Assembly (NCBI GenBank): GCA_913052165.1
Contig: CAJXEC010000004.1
Coordinates: 1 to 59,261 of the forward strand
DNA: 59,261 nt
From: an uncultured Rhodospirillaceae bacterium
GTDB lineage: Bacteria; Pseudomonadota; Alphaproteobacteria; MPNO01; UBA2964
Direction of reading: 5' to 3'
A model generated the notes under the pieces. That model did not search any database. It saw nothing but the letters and a program-made list of their open reading frames with translations, and was not told where the DNA came from. The position numbers were made by a program, and so were the translations under genes. This document shows, piece after piece, positions 10,201 to 21,018 of this stretch (positions are counted from its first letter, which is position 1; the number at the start of each line of letters is the position of its first letter).

Positions 10201-11501
10201 GGTTTCTCCATGGGCTTACCAGGGGCGAGCGCAGCATTCCCTCCTCCCCCCAAGATTGGTTCGTTGATGCTAGCTGGCAAAGGGTCAGGTTTTTCAATTA
10301 CGCTTAATAATGGAAGCAAAATTAAGAAATGGAAGAAATAGTAGGCGGTTGACATCATCCCTAGATGAATGAATTGAAATCCATCAAGGCCGCTAAACAC
10401 TGGATCATCTGGAGAATTCGCGCCGACTATTCCGAGGATAAAACAGTCTATTACCAAAACCCAATAGAACTGTCGATAGATCGGTCTAAATCGTGCACTT
10501 CGGACGGGGGACCGATCCAACCAAGGTAGAATAAAGAGCAGACCGATCGATGCAAACATGGCGATCACACCTAACAGCTTCGCATCTAAAAACCAAATAT
10601 CAAAAGTAATGGACCTTAAAATCGCGTAGAATGGCAGAAAATACCATTCTGGAACGATATGTGGCGGCGTTTGCAGCGGATCTGCGGGGATGTAGTTATC
10701 AGGATGGCCCAAATAATTTGGGGCGTAGAAAACGAACAAGGAAAACAACACGAGAAACACACCCAACCCAAATAGGTCTTTTACGGTGTAGTATGGGTGA
10801 AAAGGAATTTGATCATCATTACCTGTCGTATCAATTCCGACTGGATTGTTAGACCCGTGTGTATGAAGTGCCACTATGTGAAGAACAACCACCCCTACAA
10901 TCACGAAAGGCAACAGAAAGTGGAGACTGAAGAAGCGATTGAGGGTGGCGTTGTCAACCGAAAAACCACCCCATAACCAAGTGACAATCGGCTCACCAAT
11001 TAAGGGGATCGCGGAGAATAAATTAGTAATCACCGTAGCACCCCAGAAACTCATCTGACCCCAGGGAAGCACGTAACCCAGAAATGCTGTGGCCATCATG
11101 AGCAATAGAATAAGAACTCCCAACATCCAAAGTAGCTCTCTGGGAGCCTTGTAAGACCCGTAGTAGAGGCCCCTAAAAATATGGATAAAAACAATGATGA
11201 AAAATGCAGACGCACCATTCATATGGACATAGCGTATCAACCATCCGTGGTTGACATCACGCATAATCCTCTCGACGCTGTCAAAAGCATAGTCTACATG
11301 AGGGGTATAATGCATGGACAAGACAATTCCAGTGACGATCATTGTCACAAGGACAATTCCGGCCAAAGAGCCAAAATTCCAAAAGTAATTAAGATTTTTA
11401 GGAGTGGGATATTCATGGAGCTCATGCTGCATAAACGTAAATACTGGTAGACGGTCATCTACCCACTTCACCACTGAATTGGTTTGGTTTGTTTTACTCA
11501 T
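10197..11501 (-). CDS. petB: Cytochrome b
   Basis: [34 protein letters not shown]. Confidence 0.98.
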   Translation of the reverse strand: MSKTNQTNSVVKWVDDRLPVFTFMQHELHEYPTPKNLNYFWNFGSLAGIVLVTMIVTGIVLSMHYTPHVDYAFDSVERIMRDVNHGWLIRYVHMNGASAFFIIVFIHIFRGLYYGSYKAPRELLWMLGVLILLLMMATAFLGYVLPWGQMSFWGATVITNLFSAIPLIGEPIVTWLWGGFSVDNATLNRFFSLHFLLPFVIVGVVVLHIVALHTHGSNNPVGIDTTGNDDQIPFHPYYTVKDLFGLGVFLVLFSLFVFYAPNYLGHPDNYIPADPLQTPPHIVPEWYFLPFYAILRSITFDIWFLDAKLLGVIAMFASIGLLFILPWLDRSPVRSARFRPIYRQFYWVLVIDCFILGIVGANSPDDPVFSGLDGFQFIHLGMMSTAYYFFHFLILLPLLSVIEKPDPLPASINEPILGGGGNAALAPGKPMEKP

Positions 11502-11512
11502 AATGTGTTCCT

Positions 11513-12070
11513 TTAGCCCACTCGGACCAATTTGTCCGAAAGGAAAGTATATTTAGGGATTGGAAGGTTTGTCGGCGCGGGTCCTTTTCGTATCCGCCCA
11601 GAGGTATCGTAATGTGAGCCATGACAGGGGCAAAACCATCCTTGGTATTCACCTCGCTTTTCGCCTTGTTTACTTCCAAGGGGTATACACCCAAGGTGGG
11701 TGCATACTCCGACCACAATTAGCCATTCGGGCTTCTGAACGCGGTCTTCATCTTTTTCAGGATCTACCAGGGCCGATATCGGCACTTTTCGAGCCTCCTC
11801 GATCTGTGCCTCCGAGCGACGTGTAATAAAGACAGGTTTCCCCCGCCACTTAATGACAACCCTCTGCCCTTCCTGGATAGGCTCCAAGTTTACCTCAGTT
11901 GTGGAAGCCGCAAGTGTGTCAGCAGCGGGATTCATCTGATCTATTAAGGGCCAGGCTGCAGCACCAACACCAAACGCGCCGAAGGCGCCTGTTGCCAATG
12001 TTAAAAAATCCCTTCGAGTTTCTCCCTCTTGAGGTTGGCTTTCAAAGGTTTCTTCACCCGTAGTTGCCAT
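11513..12070 (-). CDS. petA: Ubiquinol-cytochrome c reductase Rieske subunit
   Basis: Tat motif TRRDFL; CTHLGC and CPCHGS. Confidence 0.98.
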   Translation of the reverse strand: MATTGEETFESQPQEGETRRDFLTLATGAFGAFGVGAAAWPLIDQMNPAADTLAASTTEVNLEPIQEGQRVVIKWRGKPVFITRRSEAQIEEARKVPISALVDPEKDEDRVQKPEWLIVVGVCTHLGCIPLGSKQGEKRGEYQGWFCPCHGSHYDTSGRIRKGPAPTNLPIPKYTFLSDKLVRVG

Positions 12071-12138
12071 ATTCTTCTCTCATATTGTTCTCGAGCTTTA
12101 CTAAGTAGTATTGAATAACGCTCTTACCGGTGGAAACA

Positions 12139-12157
12139 CTGCGGCGTAACGCCGCAG
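12139..12157. promoter_or_regulatory. RegA/RegR(PrrA)-type box upstream of petABC
   Basis: CTGCGGCGTAACGCCGCAG = GCGGC-N5-GCCGC, a perfect 9-1-9 palindrome about 70 bp upstream of petA. Confidence 0.6.
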
Positions 12158-12236
12158 AAGTTATTAACGCGTCTCCCAAGCGGAAACAGTCGGGAAAGGG
12201 TATAATTGATAATTGATGACATGCAAAGGTTTGTAA

Positions 12237-12710
12237 ATGCGTCTTGCACTTTATCAGCCAGATATCCCTCAGAATTTAGGCACGATGCTTAGATTAGCTG
12301 CGTGCTTGAATGTTGGTGTAGACATTATAGAGCCATGCGGTTTTCCTCTAGACGATAAACGAATAAAACGGGCGGGCATGGATTACTTGGCTGCGATCGA
12401 TTTTTCAAGACACAAAAGTTGGAATGATTTTCTATCGTTGAAGTCTGGACGAGTGATACTAATGAGCACCAAAAGCTCAACCTCTCTGCTGCGCTTTGAA
12501 TTTCGTGCCAGCGACATACTTCTTTTAGGTCGAGAGTCTGCCGGGGTTCCTGAGACTGTTCATGCGGATTGTGACAAGAGATTGTTAATACCAATGGCTA
12601 GAGGAAAGAGGTCTTTGAACGTGGCCGTGGCCGCGGCGATCGCCCTCGGCGAGGGATTGCGGCAAACCAATGGCTTCCCGCCGCTTGTTGAATTTGAAGG
12701 TGAAATTTGA
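12237..12710 (+). CDS. trmL: tRNA (cytidine(34)-2'-O)-methyltransferase
   Basis: [34 protein letters not shown] motifs. Confidence 0.92.
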   Translation: MRLALYQPDIPQNLGTMLRLAACLNVGVDIIEPCGFPLDDKRIKRAGMDYLAAIDFSRHKSWNDFLSLKSGRVILMSTKSSTSLLRFEFRASDILLLGRESAGVPETVHADCDKRLLIPMARGKRSLNVAVAAAIALGEGLRQTNGFPPLVEFEGEI

Positions 12711-13567
12711 AGATCGAAAATCATAAATTTGCTGCGACAGCATGGTTTAAATCACTTCGTGATGATATTTGCATGTCGTTCGAAGCCATAGAAGCAATCA
12801 AAAGATCAAGAACCTCGACTACAAAGCCGAGCGAATTCCAACTCAAAACATGGGAAAGAACCGACCATACCGGCGCCCCAGGCGGAGGTGGCGAAATGTC
12901 CATCATGCATGGAAATGTCTTCGAAAAAGTCGGAGTAAACATTTCAACAGTATTCGGGGAATTTTCACCTGAATTTCGGTCAGAAATACCGGGTGCAAAA
13001 GATAATCCCAAATTTTGGGCCTCAGGATTATCCGTCGTCGCCCATATGTGTTCACCCCTGGTGCCTGCAATTCATATGAACACGCGTTTTATTTGTACGA
13101 GCAAAACATGGTTTGGCGGAGGAATTGATTTAACACCAATGTATCCTGACCCCGAGATGGAAGACTTATTCCACAACAAACTCGAGGCCTGCTGCGATAA
13201 AAATGACCAAACGTATTACAAAAAATTTCGAGAAGAATGCGACAAGTATTTCTACCTTCATCACCGAGAAGAACCAAGAGGAGCGGGCGGAATTTTCTAT
13301 GATTATCTGGATACGGGCGATTGGAACAAAGATTTCGCATTTACCAAAGACGTGGGACAGACCTTTCTGGAAGTCTATCCGGAGATAGTCCGATCACGAA
13401 TGGAGCGTCCGTGGACTAAAGAGCAAAGACATCACCAACTAGTGCGTCGGGGCAGATACGTTGAGTTCAATTTATTATATGACCGTGGTACGAGGTTTGG
13501 ACTTCGAACCGGTGGTAATGTTGAGGCAATTTTGATGTCCTTGCCTCCAGAGGCTAGATGGACCTGA
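12707..13567 (+). CDS. hemF: Oxygen-dependent coproporphyrinogen III oxidase
   Basis: [38 protein letters not shown]. Confidence 0.96.
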   Translation: MKIENHKFAATAWFKSLRDDICMSFEAIEAIKRSRTSTTKPSEFQLKTWERTDHTGAPGGGGEMSIMHGNVFEKVGVNISTVFGEFSPEFRSEIPGAKDNPKFWASGLSVVAHMCSPLVPAIHMNTRFICTSKTWFGGGIDLTPMYPDPEMEDLFHNKLEACCDKNDQTYYKKFREECDKYFYLHHREEPRGAGGIFYDYLDTGDWNKDFAFTKDVGQTFLEVYPEIVRSRMERPWTKEQRHHQLVRRGRYVEFNLLYDRGTRFGLRTGGNVEAILMSLPPEARWT

Positions 13568-14840
13568 TTTCCAATCGAGTTTTCAATTTTTCTAAAAGCC
13601 TCTCTCGACTATCAACAAAATTGCCTTTTACCCACCCATCCTCCAATTGCTTCAATATTTGCCCCACATTGGGACCAGCCTCCATCCCCATGGCCATTAC
13701 ATCAGCTCCACCGATTGGAAATTTTGGCGGTGGATGTTCCCATGGTATTCGAAATGCATCATGCCATTCTGGTCCCTTTGCTCCAGCCAAAACCTGCCGT
13801 AACAGCAAAATATCGGAATACGCTTGAGAATTGCCCAGCAAATAAAATTTTATACGGTTTTGATCAATCGAAAAATCGCCGCCGACGTCGATCGGAAGCG
13901 TGAGAAGATTACGGAGACGATCTCGTTCCTTTTTAGAATGGGTGAGCCGCTTGCTGGAAGTAAAACTTAACATCGCCCTTTCTTGTTTTTTATCAGAGGC
14001 TGAATAAAGCAACGCAGCCAGACGACGAATGGGCTCGGGCGGTTGTCCCAGGCTGTCCTCTAACCTGGCGATCTCAAAAACTGCCTTTGCGTCGAGTTTG
14101 GTTGCACAAATATCTGGGAAAATGCTGGAAAAAATTCCAGTATCTGACATCAGTTGCAGGGAGCGCCTAGGGTCAGGAGCCAACAAAAGCCGGGATAACT
14201 CCTGCCAGAGCCGTTCACCGGCTATTTTTTTGAGAGTAGGCGCTGCCCTCTGGCACGCGATCAAGGCCTCACGGTCTGCATCCGCCGCCCCGTACCAGGC
14301 AAAAAATCTAAAGAATCGCAGTATTCTGAGGGAGTCCTCTGAAATACGTGCCTGAGCTTTACCGATAAAGCGAACCCGTTGAGCTTCGATATCTTCGCGA
14401 CCTTGAACTGGGTCATAAAGCGTTCCATCTGGGTCGCAGTAGAGCGCATTAATTGTGAAGTCCCGTCGCATTGCATCCGCGTACCAATCTTTAGAAAATT
14501 GGACGCAAGCCCAACGGCCATCCGTTTGAATATCCTTCCTAAGCGACGTAATTTCAAGCACTTGCCCCTTAGAAATTGCCGTTACTGTTCCATGTGTAAA
14601 ACCTGAGGGGATCGCTTTTATATCGGCGCTCTCTAGTAAACGCATGACATTTCCTGGCTCCTCTTGGGTAGCAATATCAATGTCACGGACTTCTTTATTC
14701 AAGATTGTGTCTCTAACGCAGCCACCAACAAATCGAACAGGTCCCCCAGCCGACGAGAGGATGTCGATTACCTTGTCTACAAAAACGCTTCGCAATTGAT
14801 CAGGTAAGTTCAGACGATCGACGGGGGTCAAATCAGACAT
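13554..14840 (-). CDS. cca: CCA tRNA nucleotidyltransferase / poly(A) polymerase family
   Basis: [37 protein letters not shown]. Confidence 0.88.
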   Translation of the reverse strand: MSDLTPVDRLNLPDQLRSVFVDKVIDILSSAGGPVRFVGGCVRDTILNKEVRDIDIATQEEPGNVMRLLESADIKAIPSGFTHGTVTAISKGQVLEITSLRKDIQTDGRWACVQFSKDWYADAMRRDFTINALYCDPDGTLYDPVQGREDIEAQRVRFIGKAQARISEDSLRILRFFRFFAWYGAADADREALIACQRAAPTLKKIAGERLWQELSRLLLAPDPRRSLQLMSDTGIFSSIFPDICATKLDAKAVFEIARLEDSLGQPPEPIRRLAALLYSASDKKQERAMLSFTSSKRLTHSKKERDRLRNLLTLPIDVGGDFSIDQNRIKFYLLGNSQAYSDILLLRQVLAGAKGPEWHDAFRIPWEHPPPKFPIGGADVMAMGMEAGPNVGQILKQLEDGWVKGNFVDSRERLLEKLKTRLEIRSI

Positions 14841-14849
14841 AATTGATTC

Positions 14850-15092
14850 TTAATCTTTATGAACCGATCCGCTGTGGGCTAAAAGATCTGGAAATATTAT
14901 AGAAACTGATATGGCAACCACGACCAAAAATCCTCCCGAAAATGCAAGCCACTTCCAGGGCAAAGGTTCCCACTCATCTCTGTCTATCGCTGCAGAGCCG
15001 CCATAACGCACGGGTAGGAAGACCCTCCATAAAACATAGGCCACAGTGGGCAAGAAGAAGGGTACCACCGTGAGCAACAATACTCTAATCAT
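14850..15092 (-). CDS. Small two-TM membrane protein (DUF6111-like)
   Basis: MIRVLLLTVVPFFLPTVAYVLW...PWKWL; 4-bp coupling to the nudix stop. Confidence 0.65.
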   Translation of the reverse strand: MIRVLLLTVVPFFLPTVAYVLWRVFLPVRYGGSAAIDRDEWEPLPWKWLAFSGGFLVVVAISVSIIFPDLLAHSGSVHKD

Positions 15093-15685
15093 AATGACCT
15101 CAATAAACTTGAAAACTCTTTCAATATTCGGGCAGTAAGTCCCCAAATAAAGAAACTATCATGGTTAAATACCCAATAAGAACGTTTATTGCCATCTCTA
15201 TAGGTGTCCTCCAAGCTAAAATTTGACTCCAGAGCAAGTTTCTTAAGAGGCACCTCAAACACTACATCTACCTCAGCCGGGTCGGCCTTAAGATTTAAAG
15301 GCGGTTGGAGGATGCCGACAACAGGCATTACGTGAAACCCTGTTCCAGTTTTGCGCGGGGTGAGTCTCCCGATTAATTCGATCTTCGAGGGGTCAAGGTT
15401 TACTTCCTCCTCAGCCTCCCTTAACGCTGTGCCTTCGGGGGAAAGATCCGTAGGTTCCATTTGCCCTCCAGGAAATGCCACTTGGCCAGCATGGTCCGGT
15501 AAAGAGGAACTTCTCTTGGTCAACAAAACTGTTAACCCGTTGGGTTGATTAATAATTGGGACGAGGACAGCAGCAGATCTTAAGCCAGGCTCTTCCAACC
15601 CGGGCCACTCAGAGATTTCATCCTTACTCCTCAGACAAGGATTACGATACACAAAAAGTTCTCTTATTTTTTCTAACTCTTCCAA
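15089..15685 (-). CDS. CoA pyrophosphatase, Nudix family (NudL-like)
   Basis: AAVLVP, LLTKRS..L..HAGQVAFPGG, ALREAEEEV, IWGLTA; start placed at TTG 15685 (uncertain). Confidence 0.88.
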   Translation of the reverse strand: MEELEKIRELFVYRNPCLRSKDEISEWPGLEEPGLRSAAVLVPIINQPNGLTVLLTKRSSSLPDHAGQVAFPGGQMEPTDLSPEGTALREAEEEVNLDPSKIELIGRLTPRKTGTGFHVMPVVGILQPPLNLKADPAEVDVVFEVPLKKLALESNFSLEDTYRDGNKRSYWVFNHDSFFIWGLTARILKEFSSLLRSL

Positions 15686-15686
15686 A

Positions 15687-16226
15687 TCAGGAAACTGCCC
15701 CGAGTTTGAAAAAAACACCCCCACTCCAAACACCCAAGAATTTACCCTCAGGGGACTCTTCTTCCACTCCAATTTCAACAAGCTCGTAGAATACAGCACG
15801 AGAAATCAAGGCTCGAAGTCCTTTTCGGACAAGAACATAAGGCGAAGGCTCAAGGCTTTCAGGGTTTATATCCACCCAGATTGGATTCTCCTGTGTCGCA
15901 ATCACTTGTTCATCAACGTTTGTTGAAAAACTAACGATCTGCTCCCGCCCTTTGCCCACCACATCCATGAATACGGCCACAAATGGAGCATCTTCGACTT
16001 GAATTCGACATTTTTCAGCTGGGGTCTCGAGCCAAAAATCTCCCTTTTCATCTCTAATTAATATAGAAGCAAATAGCTTTATCAATTGTTTTCGTCTAAT
16101 CGGTGAGCCATTATAATACCAGGTGCCGTTGCGAGTGATACGCATGTCAATATCACCGCAGAAGCCCTGCCCCTCGGGAGAGGCTGAGGGTATTTCATTC
16201 AAACCCGCCATTACGGATTTTTCCAT
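15687..16226 (-). CDS. DUF1285 domain protein
   Basis: FCGDIDMRITRNGTWYYNGSPIRR, TPAEK, VEDAPF; AAGGAG SD. Confidence 0.85.
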   Translation of the reverse strand: MEKSVMAGLNEIPSASPEGQGFCGDIDMRITRNGTWYYNGSPIRRKQLIKLFASILIRDEKGDFWLETPAEKCRIQVEDAPFVAVFMDVVGKGREQIVSFSTNVDEQVIATQENPIWVDINPESLEPSPYVLVRKGLRALISRAVFYELVEIGVEEESPEGKFLGVWSGGVFFKLGAVS

Positions 16227-16256
16227 GTTAAGGCGCTCCTTACTTTGGAGGACACT

Positions 16257-17297
16257 TTGTCAGAGACTTCTTCTCTTACCCCATCGCCTACCCAAGGAGC
16301 AAATGAGGATTTCATGCCTGAGCAAGATTTAGCCGCTAAAATTGAAGATTTCGGCACCCGAATGACTGCAATTCGAGAGAGTATCGGAAGGGTGATATAT
16401 GGCCAAGAAGAAGTCATACTAGAGACGCTAACGACAATTCTAGCTGGTGGACATTGTCTAATAGTGGGAGTGCCAGGCCTTGGGAAAACGCTCCTCGTTG
16501 ATACCCTCGGAACTGTTCTAGGACTTCAAGATAAGAGGGTGCAATTCACCCCAGACCTTATGCCTCCAGATATCTTGGGATCTGAGATCCTTGACGAAAG
16601 TGTTAATGGCGCCCGCTCCTTTCGTTTCATTAAGGGACCGATTTTTTGCCAACTTCTGATGGCAGACGAAATCAATCGGGCTAGCCCACGCACCCAATCT
16701 GCATTACTTCAGGCGATGCAGGAAAGGTGCGTTTCGATCGCCGGGACGACCAACGACTTGCCACGCCCCTTTCACGTTCTGGCCACTCAGAATCCAATTG
16801 AGCAGGAGGGCACATATCCGCTTCCAGAAGCTCAGCTCGATCGTTTTTTGATGCAGATAAATATCCGCTATCCTTCACTGGAGGCAGAATGTCAAATTCT
16901 CTTAAAAACTACGGGCATTGAAACTCACTCGGCGTCCGAAGTCCTTACCGCAAAAGAACTCATTGAAGCACAAAAACTTGTAAGACAACTGCCGGTTGGT
17001 GATAGCGTAGTTCAATCGATTTTGGACATTGTGAGATCGGCCAGGCCCTCTGAACAGAGCCTGCCCGAATTAAAGAGCAAAATCCTTTGGGGTCCAGGTC
17101 CCCGTGCAAGCCAGGCATTGATGCTAGCAATACGTGCCAAAGCTTTGATTGACGGAAGATTTGCACCGTCCATTGAAGATCTTCTTGATCTTGCTAAACC
17201 GGTATTGAGGCACCGCATTGCGTTAACCTTCAATGCAAGGGCTGACGGACTTACCGTTGACGATATTATTGATCGCCTTTGCGAGCGTTTGGGATGA
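16257..17297 (+). CDS. moxR: MoxR family AAA+ ATPase
   Basis: GVPGLGKT, RVQFTPDLMP, ADEINRASPRTQSALLQAM, ATQNPIEQEGTYPLPEAQLDRF; TTG 16257 follows GGAGG. Confidence 0.93.
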   Translation: MSETSSLTPSPTQGANEDFMPEQDLAAKIEDFGTRMTAIRESIGRVIYGQEEVILETLTTILAGGHCLIVGVPGLGKTLLVDTLGTVLGLQDKRVQFTPDLMPPDILGSEILDESVNGARSFRFIKGPIFCQLLMADEINRASPRTQSALLQAMQERCVSIAGTTNDLPRPFHVLATQNPIEQEGTYPLPEAQLDRFLMQINIRYPSLEAECQILLKTTGIETHSASEVLTAKELIEAQKLVRQLPVGDSVVQSILDIVRSARPSEQSLPELKSKILWGPGPRASQALMLAIRAKALIDGRFAPSIEDLLDLAKPVLRHRIALTFNARADGLTVDDIIDRLCERLG

Positions 17298-17316
17298 AGT
17301 GCAATATAGTTTCGTA

Positions 17317-18216
17317 ATGCCCGTCAACCTATATAATATAATTCAAAAAGAATCGGTCAGGCTCTCCGCTTCTCTGCCGGCAATTCACATCGCTGCAGAG
17401 AGGGTAGCTTCCACAATATTACAGGGGATACACGGCAGGAGACAACAAGGCCTTGGTGATACATTTTGGGAGTTTCGACCCTACCAACAAGGTGATCCGG
17501 TTAGCCGGGTTGATTGGAAACAAACAGCAAAACGCTCAGTGCCGTATATTCGGGAGAATGAGTGGGAACTTGCGCAAAGTACTTGGGTCTGGGTAGACCA
17601 ATCTCAGTCAATGAATTTTAAATCTCGTCCAGAACTACCCGAAAAACTTATTCGAGCTACCGTATTGGCCCTAGGATTGTGCTCTTTACTAATTAAAGGC
17701 GGGGAACGCGTTGCTTTGCTGGGGTCGGGTATGCCCCCCGACTCCAATAAAAGCACGTTAGCCAAAATGCTAGAAATATTGATGTCCTCGCCACAGTCTG
17801 GGGCCGGAACACCTCTGGATGGGGAGAACTTGCCAAAACATGCCCAGGTGATTTTGATTTCTGATTTTCTCTTTCCCACCCACAACTTGAAGAAAACAAT
17901 TAAGTCAATGGCTTCAAAAGGCATAAAGGGCCATATCCTGCAAATCTATGATCCGGCAGAGGATAACTTTCCTTTTTCCGGACGAATACGTTTTGATGGA
18001 CTAGAAAATGAGGGTTCACTGACCGTCGGTCGCGCAGAAAATATCCGGGCTGAATTTACCCGTTTGATATCTAATCACCGTAAGTCAGTAAGCACGATTG
18101 CCCAAAGTCTAGGTTGGACTTCTGCCAATCATGGAACCGACCAGAGGCCAGAGACCGCATTATTAGCACTTTATAACTCTACGAGTGACCGATTGGGGAC
18201 CCATTCTTATGCTTAG
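17317..18216 (+). CDS. DUF58 domain protein
   Basis: GIHGRRQQGLGDTFWEFRPYQQGD..VDWKQTAK, VDQSQSM, LISDF. Confidence 0.9.
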   Translation: MPVNLYNIIQKESVRLSASLPAIHIAAERVASTILQGIHGRRQQGLGDTFWEFRPYQQGDPVSRVDWKQTAKRSVPYIRENEWELAQSTWVWVDQSQSMNFKSRPELPEKLIRATVLALGLCSLLIKGGERVALLGSGMPPDSNKSTLAKMLEILMSSPQSGAGTPLDGENLPKHAQVILISDFLFPTHNLKKTIKSMASKGIKGHILQIYDPAEDNFPFSGRIRFDGLENEGSLTVGRAENIRAEFTRLISNHRKSVSTIAQSLGWTSANHGTDQRPETALLALYNSTSDRLGTHSYA

Positions 18217-20998
18217 TTTAGGCTCCATTGTTTTTGCTTCGCCTTGGATCCTACTATCATTGGTAACTTTGCCGATAGTTTGGTGGATTCTGCGAACTAC
18301 TCCACCGCTTCCAAAAATTCAGCCCTTTCCTCCCGTTTCACTAATGGGGGAACTCAACGCCCAGGAAGAAACCCCCGCTGGGACGCCAGTTTGGCTCTTA
18401 TTACTTCGGCTTCTGATTTTGACAATAATCATCTGTGCCTTAGGACGCCCACTCTGGAATCCAGGAGAACCATTTTATGGCTCAGGGCCTGTCGTAATCG
18501 TGATTGATAATGGCTGGTCAGCGGCACCGAATTGGTCACGAACTATTCGCGCGGGCCTCGCAATTGTCGATCAGGCGGAGCGGGAGGGGCGTGCGGCGGT
18601 ATTGATCTCAACCGCACCCAATCAATCCAGCGGAACAGTAGAGGTGACCGGTCTTCTCAGGCCGCAAGAGGTCCGCAAAAAGCTAAAAAGAATGCAACCT
18701 GTACCCTGGGCAAAGGACTTAAAAGCCGCTGCGGATATTATCGCCGGACTAAAACTGCAGGGCTCTGCGCAAGTAGGATACCTCAGTGATGGACAAGGGA
18801 ATAGCTATCTCGCAACTTTTTTAAGCCTCCTTCAAGAACGTGGATCGCTTCAGTTACTTGTTCCGGAGCAAAAAGATCTTGCCCAGCTTATAAAAAGTCC
18901 GATTAACAAGCCGGGAGGTCTGTCCGTAAAAATTTTCCGAGCTCAAAAATTGGGTGAGACAAAACTGAAGGTCCGTATTGATGATAAAAATGGCCGTCTG
19001 CTGAGTAGATCGAGTTCCGTCTTTCTGAGCGGCCAGAGCTCAACAGAGGTCAATTTTGCAATTCCAAGTGAGATAAAAAATCAAGCGGCTCGAATTTCAA
19101 TTGAGAGGAATAGAAGTGCTGGGTCCATCTTCCTGCTGGATGAAAACTGGAAACGGCGCGCCGTAGGTATTGTTTCGCGCGACGGGGCATCCAGATCACA
19201 ACCACTACTTAGCAGTGATTTTTACATCATGCGCGCGCTGGAGCCTTTTAGCGAGACTTTCAAAGGATCGACAAACAATCTGTTGAAACGCGACCTGTCC
19301 ATGCTCATTCTAGCAGATGCAATAAATTTAACCGAAGCAGAGATAAAACAGGCTCTAACTTGGTTGAAGAAGGGAGGGATACTATTGCGCTTTGCTGGGC
19401 CTAGCTTAGGGCGCGCTGACCCCTCACTGGTTCCAGTTAAATTAAGAGATACTGGACGCGCGCTAGATGGCACTATGTCGTGGAGTAAGCCCGCAAAGTT
19501 GGTGCCTTTCCATTCGACGAGTCCATTCGCCGGGCTCAAAATTCCCTCAGATATAAGAATTAAAAAACAAATCCTCGCAGAACCTACCCAGAGCCTGAAA
19601 GAACGGACGTGGGCTAGGCTTTCAGACGGCACACCTTTGGTTACGGCGAACCAAGTAGGTAAGGGTTGGGTGGTCCTGGTTCACGTCACCGCAAACACTG
19701 ACTGGTCAAATTTGCCAATTTCAGGATTATTTATAGACATGCTCAAAAGAATCCTCGCTCTGAGCCGCGGCGTGGAGAAAAAGGCCGACGATTTGCTTTA
19801 TCCGCCTCTTGAAACCATGGACGGTTTCGGCGTTTTAAGCCCCCCCCCGCCTCAAGCCATCTCTATAAGAGGCAAAACTTACTCAAATCTTAAAACTTCA
19901 CGCATCCATCCCCCAGGGTATTATGGGACCAAAAAACAGCGCGTTACGTTAAATCTCTCCTCTGGTATAGATAATTTGTCACCCTTAGAAAATATTCCTG
20001 ACGGCGTAGAACTAAAGCAACCAAGCGATCAAACAGCGATCGAAATTAAACCTTGGCTGCTACTTGTGGCGTTTTTACTTGTTATTCTAGACCTTTTTAT
20101 CAGCCTTGCGATCCGTGGGTTTAAGCCACATTTCAAAACACGCCAAAATGCGGTTTTGAGCTGGCTTGGCTCCATTATATTGTTATTTGCGATAGACCCT
20201 GGTGCTGAGGCGAAAGCCCAACGTCAAACCGGGCTCCCAATGAATATAGTGTCTTCTCCACAGACCTCCCAGGATAAGCTTGGGCTTCGAGCCACTCTGG
20301 GAACCCACCTTGCCTATGTTATTACCGGCAATACTAAAATCGACTCGATCAGTAGAGCAGGTATGGAAGGTCTAAGTATTGTTCTCCGGCAACGCACAGC
20401 GATCGAACCAGAAAAACCAATTGGGGTAAATTTAGAGAAAGATGAACTCGCTTTTTTTACAGTTCTCTATTGGCCAATTGTTGAAACACAGAGGAAACCC
20501 TCAAATACGGCGCTGTCAAAACTCAATCACTATCTTCGGACGGGAGGCACTATTCTTTTTGACACGCGTGAACAGGGGAGCATTAACACTAACCTTTTGG
20601 GCATGGGAAGTTCAGCCTCAGCCAAGCTAAGAAAGTTGATTGGCGAATTGGATATCCCTCCACTAATGCAAGTGCCTCCAGACCATGCACTCACTAGAGC
20701 GTTTTACCTTTTGGACCGTTTCCCAGGCAGGTGGGCCGGAGGTGCCGTTTGGGTAGAACGACGCCGAGGACAGAACAATGATGGCGTTTCATCAATAATC
20801 ATTGGAAGCCATGATTGGGCGGGAGCATGGGCAAGGGACAAAAACGGGCTCCCAATATTTGCAGTTGTCCCCAACGGGGAGAGGCAACGGGAATACGCCC
20901 TCCGTTTTGGCGTTAACTGGATCATGTATGCGATGACGGGAAACTATAAAACTGATCAAGTTCACGTACCCTCTATCATTGAAAGATTAGGCCAGTAG
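18209..20998 (+). CDS. BatA-N / vWA-like / DUF4159 membrane protein
   Basis: N-terminal FASPWILL...TPVWLLLLRLL (BatA-like), VIDNGWS, C-terminal FGVNWIMYAMTGNYKTDQVHVP. Confidence 0.85.
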   Translation: MLSLGSIVFASPWILLSLVTLPIVWWILRTTPPLPKIQPFPPVSLMGELNAQEETPAGTPVWLLLLRLLILTIIICALGRPLWNPGEPFYGSGPVVIVIDNGWSAAPNWSRTIRAGLAIVDQAEREGRAAVLISTAPNQSSGTVEVTGLLRPQEVRKKLKRMQPVPWAKDLKAAADIIAGLKLQGSAQVGYLSDGQGNSYLATFLSLLQERGSLQLLVPEQKDLAQLIKSPINKPGGLSVKIFRAQKLGETKLKVRIDDKNGRLLSRSSSVFLSGQSSTEVNFAIPSEIKNQAARISIERNRSAGSIFLLDENWKRRAVGIVSRDGASRSQPLLSSDFYIMRALEPFSETFKGSTNNLLKRDLSMLILADAINLTEAEIKQALTWLKKGGILLRFAGPSLGRADPSLVPVKLRDTGRALDGTMSWSKPAKLVPFHSTSPFAGLKIPSDIRIKKQILAEPTQSLKERTWARLSDGTPLVTANQVGKGWVVLVHVTANTDWSNLPISGLFIDMLKRILALSRGVEKKADDLLYPPLETMDGFGVLSPPPPQAISIRGKTYSNLKTSRIHPPGYYGTKKQRVTLNLSSGIDNLSPLENIPDGVELKQPSDQTAIEIKPWLLLVAFLLVILDLFISLAIRGFKPHFKTRQNAVLSWLGSIILLFAIDPGAEAKAQRQTGLPMNIVSSPQTSQDKLGLRATLGTHLAYVITGNTKIDSISRAGMEGLSIVLRQRTAIEPEKPIGVNLEKDELAFFTVLYWPIVETQRKPSNTALSKLNHYLRTGGTILFDTREQGSINTNLLGMGSSASAKLRKLIGELDIPPLMQVPPDHALTRAFYLLDRFPGRWAGGAVWVERRRGQNNDGVSSIIIGSHDWAGAWARDKNGLPIFAVVPNGERQREYALRFGVNWIMYAMTGNYKTDQVHVPSIIERLGQ

Positions 20999-21018
20999 AA
21001 TAAAGGGATGAAGCCATC

